Assembly: GCA_002189035.1 (NCBI GenBank)
Contig: NEEC01000011.1
Span: 1,550,001-1,614,000 of the forward strand
Source: Utricularia gibba
Lineage: Eukaryota > Plantae > Magnoliophyta
Reading direction: 5' to 3'
Length of the DNA stretch: 64,000 bases
Within the stretch, counting starts at the first letter, position 1; every line of letters begins with the position of its first letter. Of this stretch, positions 37,226 through 48,250 are shown in pieces. The translations under genes and the position numbers were made by a program. The notes beneath the pieces were generated by a model that ran no database searches, had not been told where the DNA came from, and was given only the letters and a program-made list of their open reading frames with translations.

Positions 37226-39071
37226 TTGGATCGTCGGATTCCACAATTGCCCCTCAAACCTCCTCAGCAAGGTAAAACAAACTTGCGATTCTCCTCTGCT
37301 GGAATCCAAGAATTCGCTGCCGGCAATCCAAATGGTAAGGGAATCCAGAGATCGTCCCCACCCACAATCAAGAACCCCCCGCCAGTAACCAAAATGATAG
37401 AAGAAACTGCGCGCCCTCACCTGCCGGAATCCAAGAACACATCCCTGGAAAAGAAAAGATCCCCTGCAGACAAAGGGAAACGACCCATGGAATATCATGA
37501 TGCTTTGGAAGTTAATGAAGATGAAGCAGCTCCGCGTCCCTTTGTAGACAAAGGGAAACGTCCCATGGAATATGATGATGATAGCTTTGGCATGGAAGAA
37601 AACGGAAAACCTCCTGAGTTGAGCTTCATCGATCTCTTTTCTTTCAATTGATTTTCATTGATTCTCTTTTCTTTTGTAGCTACTGACTCCCAATTGTGCA
37701 TACAGTGACGTCGGCGTCGGACCTGATGATCTGAAGTTTCATCGGAAACTGACTGTTTACGACCAACGGGCGCTGCGGATTTCTTGCGAGGAAGCCTGCA
37801 TTCTTACCGGAGATCCGCGTCTGAGAACTCCAATGGTTCAATTCATCCCCATTGATTCATATACAACAATAGTCGGTCTCCGCGATACCTCAGCCCGTCT
37901 ATACGAAATGACGATAACCACCAGAGGAGTCACAGCAAGAAGAAGAGTGTACGATCTTGGTGGGGATTGGGGGAAATTCGTCGAGATCAATCACTTAGCA
38001 CCCAATGATGAAGTCTACTTCTACGTTGTCAGGAATTACAATTGGAGAGGGAGGCCCTACGTTGTCATACATGCAGCGAAAAACACAGATGAATCCCCTG
38101 AAGCCGTAAGTAATCATCGGAGTAGGGAAGCAGGCCTCCACAGAGATGTAGCAGATGATTTCCCGGAGGTTTTCAGTGGTGAGCAGGAAACTGAAGAGCT
38201 GGGAACGTCTGAAATGGACCTGGGTGATGGGATCATTATTCCCAGACTTCCTGATTTCAAGTGCACGCCAACAGAGTTGGCCCTGCACAGAATGGCGTTG
38301 AAGGATACGCTTAATGACCCGCAATTTTCTAGTATGATGTCCAGCGCAGCTGCGTCGAGCGAGTATACAAAGGGGGTGGCGGACGAGATCTGCGAATCGA
38401 TTGTCAAGTCAGAGAGAGCAATCGATTATTTCAAAATGTTAAGCATGTACAGAGAGAAGAATGCGGCGCAGCATGCCAGTTTGAGAACGACGACATCTCC
38501 CAGACAAAAGTTTGCATTTCAATATATTCCTGATGGTGCGACACCGACGGAAAAGGGGATCTGGTAACACTCCTGCTCTAAGTTTTCATTTACAGTATGG
38601 AAAGTTCAACGTTGTAAAAAAAACTGGTTTTTTTGATGGAAAACAGAGGTTTCATATATAAAGCCTACCTTTAAGGTTCTGATGTTGTTTTGCAGCTACT
38701 TCCGGCCACAAGATAGGCGCTTCGTACACCTTCTACAGGAACGCGACATTCCGGACTTGCCGCTTCGTTATGCAGAAGCCTATGCTCTCACTATGGATGA
38801 AGTAATTCTTCGTCGTCCAAGGACGATATACCGAAAGCAATTCACAGGGTATGATCTGAATGGGATGGCATATATTCTGGAGCTCACCAACTGGATAGAC
38901 CCAGATGGACAAATTCACTATGTGCTGAAGAATCAGTGGAAGAACTTCCTCGTTGTGCATTATCTATCGCCAGGGGATGAAATCACTTTCTACCAGCTCC
39001 ATGGCTCTCGTCCCGATGGCGAATTGTGCGTCGCTTTGAGGTTTTTCAAACGGCCAAAAGGCAAGCGATGA
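37226..39071 (+). CDS. Divergent protein with two B3-like domains (REM-like architecture). Exons 37226-37617, 37706-38563, 38696-39071, 541 aa.
   Basis: Two phase-2 GT-AG introns join three track ORFs into one intact frame (1626 nt). B3-like 1: KFHRKLTVYDQRALRI...YDLGGDWGKFVEINHLAPNDEVYFY. B3-like 2: RFVHLLQERDIPDLPL...YVLKNQWKNFLVVHYLSPGDEITFY. The first donor (GA|GTTGAG) is weak. Confidence 0.72.
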
Positions 39072-41516
39072 CCACCATGAAGAGCTCCATTCTTCCGTAT
39101 CAACAGGAGCCTCATGCTTCAGTTGATTCACAACTTTCTCTCAATGCCCACACACTGACTAAATCTGAAAAATAGGTTTCGGAAGGAATTCAAATGCATA
39201 CTGAGTGGGTTTCATACTCGCATTCCTCTCGCCTCATCAATGGGTTCACCAAAACTAAAACTGCCGCGATGCTAATGCCGGAGATGCCAAACCTCGCAAT
39301 CGCCACGGCGGCTCAACCAAACACCGCAATCAGCATTGGAGAAGTCGATAGCCCAAATGAATTGCATTTGGGGCGCTCCTTACGGGGATTGTAATTTGTA
39401 TTATCAGAATGGGCCTGTCCACATTTATCGTCCTCAAAGCCCATTTTAGAATACCCAACAAGGAAAAAGCCCAGGCGAAAAGTTTAAAATATTCACCATT
39501 TTCATGGTTGTGTATTATTTGGAAACATGTCCATTATATGTGTATATTTCACACAATAAGATCAAAAATTAATATACAAGATGATCATTTTTTCATTTTT
39601 ATGCACATATATATGATAAAAATAATTTATTCTTAAAACGTCAAAATATTCATTCTTTATTTGCACGATATTGTATATTTAAGATTTCAAATCTTCATTA
39701 TTTTATATTTTCATCTTTCGATTAAAAAATCTAATACAATATTAATAGACTCTTACTATTTAAGAATATTCTCTTTATTATTCATAATTAATATGAGATA
39801 TCATAACTAGATACTTGATCTTACATTTTAAATAAAACCATTGTGAACAATTTGTGGTTGGAATCATTGGATCCTGTTTTAAATTGCAATTAAATAATTA
39901 TTTTTTATGTTTTTCTTATAACATATTTTTAATATGAGTAGTGGAAACATGGCAACTTTACAGTTATTATTTCTATTTTAGAGATATTACAATTTAATTC
40001 AATCTATAATATTAAGGATTCACGACATCATAATTCAATTATATTTTTATAACAAAGGTCATGATAGTAGAGATAAATATGGCCCCGTATGGAGACTGCT
40101 TGAAAAAACGGGAAAAAGACGCGTCACGTTTGAAACCTGCTGTTAAAATAATATTTCTATGACCACAAATTTGAAACGCAAAAGAAATATTAAATAATTA
40201 ATCAGCAAGTTGAAAGATGACATGGAATATTAATATTCTCAGATATTTTTGTCTTTATTTGAATATCTGCCCGCAAAACCAGCAACGCCTTCTGTATTCC
40301 CCTTGGCGGTTTTTGTTGATTTTCAACAACACAACTCATTTCCCACATGGCTACCCGACGAAAGTGTTATTAAATACTTAATAAATGTTATTAATGGGAA
40401 TAAATAATAAAAAAAGAATTATTCTGAGATATTTTTATAATTAATATTCGGGATAAGGCCCCGAATCCCATCCATTCAGGTGGCCTGCTGTGTTTACTTT
40501 TCTGGGATGGATATTTATTTTAACTGCTGAAGTCACGATCACAGATTGTGCAATTTGGATAAGGATTGGGGGTGTCACTCTATTTTTTATATCCCAAATT
40601 TATCCATTTATTTTATGAAATGTAAAATTATATTATCCAATCATATGCTTTTCTATGAAATATAGTTTTGTTTTCTTATTAGTAATGATATTTATCTTTT
40701 TAAAGATATATTTGAATATTTAATTTATATTTTTTTTAAGAGATTCGTTGAAGTGATTATCCACTAATGCTAATTTAGATTACTAAATAAATTGATTTCT
40801 CGTATTCTTAGATATTGATAGTTTATAATTTTGATTATTAATATTAAAACTGTGTTTTGAAAAAATATTTGGGTGTTGTTTTTATTAAAAATAATGTTGC
40901 ACTAAACAATGTCTACTTATGTTTTTGTTTTTTATATAAATAATTTTGAATATAGTTAAAAATAAAATAAAAGTACAAATAATAAAATATCAATTCGGCT
41001 TCTCATTTTTATTTTTGCTATCAGAGTTTGCAATTTTCGATCTATTTCTAGTTTTTTTAGAATACGCTTTTCTATTTCTAATTTTTGAAAAAAATTATAC
41101 TTATATTTTTTACTTTTTCAAAAGTAAAAATAATATTCTAAAATTTTCTTTAGTTTACTTAAAGTATTTTTTATTCATTCTAACTATATAACCCAGAGTA
41201 TAATATACGAATTAATCTTTATAATTTATACGAGTTTTCGGCCACCTCCAAATCTCATTATGATTCCATTAAGAACATAACATATTAATGTTCTTACTAT
41301 TTTTCTAAATGATCAAAAAAGATTTCATCTTATTGCATTCGACTAAATGATGATAATTACAAAATAAAATTATAATTGTCTATTTTGAAAAATTAGAATG
41401 AAATTTCTTATTTTATAATAAGAAGTGTTAGTTAATATTAATTCTATGAACATTAAATTATATAATTAATCACACCAAAAAAATATACGCTAGGAACGCA
41501 AACACAGGAAATGTTG

Positions 41517-42519
41517 CTACAAGGCATTGATGATTCTCTGTTTCTTGGTACACTGCAACCCCAACGCCTCCATTTCGCGCATCCTTTTTCCTCGGCCGCA
41601 GGCGCCGCCGTCGCCGGCAGGCACCTCGAAGATGTTCACCCCGAAGAGGCGGACCATCTGAATGGGCTGAATCAGCTGCACGGAACCGACGACGTTTCCC
41701 GGTCTCCAGTCGATGAAGAGCTGCCTTTCCTGCCCTGTCGATCTTTGAAAACAGACGATGTCTCCGGGTCGTAAATCCTTCTCTTTTACAAACCTGCTCC
41801 AGCCTTTGGTTAAAACGTAGCTCTGGCTGCTGTTCCAATACGAGTACCTGAATCTCCACACCTTTCCTCCGGCATCTTCGAAATTCAACAGCACCCCTTT
41901 GGAAATGCTCCCGTTTTGTAGAGGGAAGTGCTTCTCAGCTTGCTGCTTCGGAATCACCAGTCTGTGGCAGTATCGTTGTTAATCCTTCTTCTTAGTTGGA
42001 AAAAGTAACAAAATATGCGTCGATACCTATTGAGTTTCCCAACGTCGCTGGGGGTGACGGCTTTCTCGAATAACTGTTCACGGTAGTGCTCCGCGGGTCT
42101 CACGCCGGGGAAGGCGGAGAGGAAGAAGGGTTTTTTGCCGGCGACGAAGCTTTTCCGGCTATGTTGAAACTCATCTTGATACGTATGTTTTCTCAACATA
42201 TCAACGATCTCGTCCTTGGAATGAGCGTTCAGAAACGCGGCCTCCATTTCGTCTTCCGACAAGGCCTTGAAATTGGTGACGGGTCACGGCCGCGGAACTT
42301 CTGCGCCGCAGTGTCGTAGGCTCTCGCCGCCGTGTCCTCCTCGTTAAAAGTACCTAACCAAATCCGGCGATGCCTCTCGTAGATTTGCGCACCCCATCTC
42401 CCGTTCGGCTGCGGGACCACCCCTTTGAACCTCGAAGACGGCAGCTTCCTCGATTCCACCTCCGCTCCAGTTTCAGTCAACAACTGAGACAAACTATCCT
42501 CCACACAACTCCCTTCCAT
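41517..42519 (-). CDS. RAV: RAV/TEMPRANILLO AP2-B3 transcription repressor. Exons 42519-42027 and 41961-41517, 312 aa after correcting one 1-nt frameshift at ~42283.
   Basis: AP2: [39 protein letters not shown]; linker [20 protein letters not shown]; B3: [16 protein letters not shown]|[14 protein letters not shown]...[27 protein letters not shown]; RLFGV repression motif; KKQRII end. Confidence 0.95.
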
Positions 42520-43147
42520 TTCCCAAGCTCAATCCCCCAAAACAGCTGAATAAATAGCCGACTTCAGCCACTTCCACAAACAGATAAAAAAATGGTAAAA
42601 CAGGAAATGGCTGCAGGAAGGGGAGAGAGATACACACAAGCAAGAAACCAGGGAGCGACCGACAAAACAGCGAAAACAGAGCACCGGATGATCCAAACTA
42701 CGATACCATACAATACAACACACGTCTGCAATAATGTTGTCTAGGGGAAAAGGAAAATCCAAAAAACCAGTACATCAGACATGGTCCATTATTCCCTGTG
42801 GAGATGAATCCAGTTTCAGTTAATTCCAGTTTTTCATTCACCCCGTTAAAGGTAACTGCTCTAATTCTACAGATGTTTGAGAGAGATGGGATTCCTTAAA
42901 TTTATGAAATGAGGAGAGACAATGAAAGGTGGGTGGGTGGGTCGGGTCAACTATTGGATAAAAGGGAGGGGTGGACTTCTCTGCTTGGCCTCTTTTTTCT
43001 TTTTCAATTGAAAGCCAATCATTTAATTCATCTCTTTTACTTTATACTACAAAATTATCACATGCATGTGAAAAAATGCCCAATTTTTTAAATGATTCAA
43101 TGATTTTCACAATATCTCACATGTCAGTAGACTTTCTTTTTCTTTAA

Positions 43148-43536
43148 AGGCCTGTTTTGTGTTATGAATTTTTTGAAATGATTCTATTCAATTTTTGAAA
43201 ATTCTAATCTTTAATTGTTCTGTATTAAAATAAGAAATTCAGTTTATGTGATTAACTTCAAAAATTATTGAATTTCTTCAATATCTATTTAAGAAGTTAT
43301 ATAAGATACTAATTAAAAAATTATATTATTTACTTTTTATCTATTCTAATAATACATATATATCATAATATTAATACTAAATTTTATCATATATATTTTA
43401 CTTTATTAACTTTTATAATATAATTTTATGTTATCCCACAATACAATTTCACAATCTAAAGATGATTATATTCAAATAACCTTAAAATTGATTGTATTTT
43501 ATATAATATGAAACACATTAATTACAAAACAGGCTC
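43148..43536. mobile_element. Tourist-like (PIF/Harbinger) MITE in the RAV upstream region
   Basis: TIRs (a)ggcctgttttgt ... acaaaacaggct(c), flanked by TAA and TGA (3-bp TSD with one mismatch); AT-rich interior. Confidence 0.7.
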
Positions 43537-46500
43537 TGAATGAAATAATAGAATCACTTCCACATTAAAGTAATAAATTAATAGTTTAAAACACCTTATG
43601 TTTTTTAAATTACCAGGGATGATGGTATTAGGATGATCAGAATGTTGGATATTTCCCTCTGCTGCCCTGCACTCTTTGAGTTCCCAAAAGGGAGAAGAGA
43701 AGCTCAAGGAAGAAAATCGAGTTGATGGTGATGGCCATTCAAGCAACCTCAATGAGCACCAAACTCAGCAGTTCAGAATTATCAAAAAGAAAGGAACCCC
43801 ACCCTTTATTCTCTTGTTCTGATGCGCCCCTGCTTTTCGGGTCAACCGTAACCCGAATATGGTGCTCCAATTTCCCGGATCTTCCTTCCTTATTCCTCCT
43901 ACTAACATCTGTCGCCATTTCCTCATCCGTTGCCTTTGCTTCCTTATGCTCACTTTACTTTGAATACGAAATCAATTTCAGGGAATTTGAGGACGATTTA
44001 CAAAACTATAGGTTATAATTTTGATCATCTTAAATGATCATTTTTTTGCTTTACGGTAGGAATATTCCTAATGATTGGAAATTAAATCCATTAACATAGC
44101 CAAAAAAATATATTCTAATACATTCTATTTACTAATTAATTACTATATTAAAATGTATTTAATTAAGTAAAAATTGTAATTATAACATTTTTAAACAATC
44201 AAAATCTTTATCCCAATAATATTAAAAAATGAGTAATTACTTTTCGTGTATATTATCTCTCATCTTTCCAAAATCGTTTCTGATAATTAATTTGCAAAAG
44301 TTGCTTTGAGAACCGAATTCATAATTTGGCGATTATGAAATTAGAGTTTGATGATGAGGGTTAATTTCTTTTATTAGACAATATTGTGCATTAATTTTTA
44401 TCTAATTTTAAATGAGTAGGAACCAATTATGCATAGTTTTAGGATTTAGAGTTTTGGGTTAGATATTTAGGGTTTAGGATTCATTATCATAATTTTTCCA
44501 AAAGCCAAGGGGATGTCGAGTTGTTTGACGAGCGAGAGCATCATCAAAAGTTGTGGACCACGTCTCCCTAGCGCACTATACAACTTTTATTATATCTTTT
44601 ATTTCAAACTTTATTGACGTATTCTTCCTCAAAATTGATAACGTTAGTGTGCACATTATGAGATCCATACATGGTACAACAAGTCCTTTTCATTTTGTCG
44701 CTGCGTCTTTACATCTAATTCTTATCTACGTAATACATTCGATGGGATAAGATCACAAAACCTTCTGCTCGTGTTTGACCCGGTCCAACCGGTACTGGAT
44801 CAAGTTTCAAAACCCGGTCCCTGAAATCCACGTTACTCCAGGCTCTCCAGCGTTGACTGGAAATCAAGCGGCAAATAGTTTGTCCGGGTCGGAGGTACCC
44901 ACGTGGTCTCCAGACACGCATAGTTTATGCGTTATTTATTTTTAAAAATATTTTTTTTCTGAGGAGATGGTGTTGAATCACGTTTAATTTACATAATTAA
45001 CTGTAATTTATCACGTTAATTTTGGAGTTAATTTTTGGACATAGATGGGGCGGCTGGAACTGGAAGGCTTGTTGCCGACAGCTGTCATTTGCATCCAGTT
45101 TTATACAAAACTGTCGCTTCGCATCTGCTGTTTCTCGGCACAGTTTTCTTCCAATCATCTCTGTTTACTTCATTTAAATAAATAAATGTAGCAGAGATAC
45201 AGATAATGAATGGGGTGTGTGGGTGTGTAAACAGAAGAAAAGTCGACTTCCAGAAACTGTTCGACTTTTTTTTTTGTGAGCTCCTGTCGTCGGTTGACAC
45301 GTCACGGTCGCCGGTGATGGACATGCACCACCTGATCTCCCCCGCTAAACGTCGTCGTATCTAGCTCACATCATCCGTCCCTTGATTATTGTTTCTCTCT
45401 TTAATATAACCGCCGAGAATGTGTTACATGTATGGAATCATATCTGGTGTGGAAACAGCAATGCGCAAGCCAGGAAACATAAGACTATACTTCCACATTT
45501 AGAAATGATAAAAATATATCAATGTAATGATACGTATTATAATTAAATAAAATCAAAACTCATGTTTGGTGAGATATAAATCAGATTAGGATAATTGGCC
45601 TTTTAAAATCTATCAAAAGATGATCTGACAGTATATTGTCGTCCGACATACCGATATGTGTCAAAGTTACAGTTTGAAAAGTGCCCAAATTACGGCAAAG
45701 TATACGATGATCCGTTGAAAAGTAGAATCATAGTACAAACGCAGAAAGCGATCGACAACCACAGAAGTCGGGATTCGGTCACACCTCTGGGATAAATAGC
45801 AGAAATTCAGAAGGAAAAGAGGTTTGACTCTAAGCCCTCCAATTTATACCTTTCCTCACCATCTTCGTCGAGTGAAGATTTTTCCGACGAGTTCCGACAG
45901 CTCTATGGTTTTTCCGTCTCCTGGCGGTTTCCACGTAAAAAAAGTCTTCCTCCTCTTCTATTTTCGTAAAACGCATCAAGCCAAGCACAAAACTTACACT
46001 CTGGTTCGACGCCTCTAACGAACTCTATAACTCGAAAATCGGTTCTGATCCCAACACCAATTTCCGACCTTAACAATGTTAAATGCTAGAGCAGAGACTA
46101 AGTGGTCAAACTACACCCCTAGGGCTAAGGAAACAACTTGAAGTCAATAACATATATTAATTATATCTATATCATTTACATATTCAGATTTCTATTTTCG
46201 TAAATCAAATTTATATACAATTAAATATATATAATCAATTACATTATACTTAAACATACTAATACTTTACTATCAAACGAAATTTAAGATTTTATTCGAA
46301 TACTACCAAGGGGAATACTGATTATGCAGTCAAACTTGTCATGGGGAATTCCATTATAGATGGAAAAATAGGGTTAAAATGCTAAGAACAAAAATATCAA
46401 AATTGTGGTGCATATTTTCTAAGCACAGGTATTACTTGAATTTAGAAAAAAACCCTGATAAGAGAGGTTAGATATATTTTTACCTGAGCTTTAAATAAAA

Positions 46501-47939
46501 ACCCAATTAAAAATTTAACAACAAACCGAATAATATGTATTATTCAATCCACTTATAGTAGTCTGATACACCACAACAAAACCGTACCAAAAGCAACTCC
46601 ACTATTAGAATGTAAAAGTGTGACGTCTGCTGATAAAGGGAGAAAAGAATCTTCAATGGATAGCGGAGGATGGATAAAGATCGGAGACAAGTCAGAGGAC
46701 TTTGGGGCACAAGAGAAGAGGGGTGCCTGCTGCAATGGTATTGCTTTTCATCTCAGTCTCCTTGACAAGTCTTTCTTTTTATTGAGTGGGAAACCATGAA
46801 ACTTGAAACCCACACTTTTTTTATCAAATTGTTGCGAAAAAGCCAGGGTTTCCTCCCTTTTTTTTCATTCTATTCATAACCTGATTTACCAACAAAATGT
46901 GAACGTTTGAAAATCAGCTCTACTATGCAAAACAAAAGAAAAAAAAGATGCCTGAATTGAAAATGTGTGCAAATGGGAGGTGTTGTCTGGGACTGGTCTG
47001 ACTCGTTGGCCTTTGCTTCTGGTATCCAAAGGACCATTTCTATCTGTATTGGTTTTCTTATTCCTAAGTTAACGTTTTGGGCGTCACAGAGCCAAACATA
47101 CATAAAACTTGATGGAAAGAGGATTATGAATATATAGACCGTTTAATACTAATAGGCTTGAATATATAATCAGGGATCTTCCAAAAACCTAATCCGATCT
47201 AACAAATTAGATCATGCGGACACATGAGGCTCAACTCATTGTTAAGTTCATCAAATCCTCTATAATGTCATCTCATTTAAAGTAGTTATAATATATCTCA
47301 ACTATCAATGTGAGATTACGCATCTCTCTTCGAATACCAAATTTCCAACAGGTTGAAGGGGGCAATACATACCGATCATGAGTAAGAGCCTCCTGTTCCA
47401 AAAACAAATGCAAAATCAGACTTTCCAGTCGCTAGACTGGACCGGCCACACTTAGGATGGGTTCGGCCGCTGCTAGGCCGGGCGGGAGAAACGGTGTGGA
47501 CCAAGATGTGGGCTATGGCATCGTAGCTCGTGGCAGGGCCAACGCATTCGGTGGGTTGGGCCATGAACTATGGGCTTAGTATTCATCTTGTTCAATGGAT
47601 CACATGCCCCGAGACACGCAAGATGGGCTGTTGGTTAGCCAGAGGAGTCCATCTCGTAGGCCTGACGATGCAAGGTTGGCTGGCGGAACTAAGCTGGAAG
47701 ATAATTTATAATAAAAATTAATTATCTTCCCTGCATATCTAACTATGGTTTGGTTCCCAGGGCACATGGTTCGTGCATCTTTGCGTCATGGCTGACAGCA
47801 GTTTAGTGACAATAAACACAGCTCAAAATAAATAACAATAAGATAACAATGTGCAACACGTAATCAGCCTTCACCTAAGCCAACCAGTTTTAATCTTAAC
47901 ACAGTTATCACAATGCATTACGCGAGATACGATATAACT

Positions 47940-48250
47940 GGAGCTCGGCTGGTTTGGAACAGGTACTATATGCCACAACGGTTCCGATCCCAAACCGGAA
48001 CCAAAGAATGGTTCTGAATAATTGAGGAATTGGAACCATTGAGTCGGGAACCGGTGGTTCTTGGAACGGATACTTTGGTTCCGGTTTCGAACTCAAATCG
48101 GTATTTTATTATGAAATATTTTTTCAAAAATATCATTTTTTAAAATTTTTAAATATAGCATTTAAAAAAGGCCTTCAATGGAACCGAACCCGAATTGAGA
48201 ACCGAAATAATAATTGAAAAAGGCCTTCACTAATAATCATTTTATTATTA
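47940..48250. mobile_element. Unit-1-specific insertion rich in GGAACC/GGTTCC motifs, probable non-autonomous TIR element remnant
   Basis: Repeated ggaacc/ggttcc/gaaccg motifs in both orientations, absent from the matching position in unit 2. No TIRs or TSD resolved; boundaries approximate. Confidence 0.4.

Noticed and set aside
44438-44480. Telomere-like TTTAGGG variants
   Set aside because: Only one or two exact units among degenerate ones; common in TE subtermini and not an interstitial telomere array.
45850-46050. Minus-strand frame with ECKFCAWLD resembling the end of a GRF zinc finger
   Set aside because: The first half of the finger and a start codon are missing; more likely a TE or LTR fragment, which I cannot classify.
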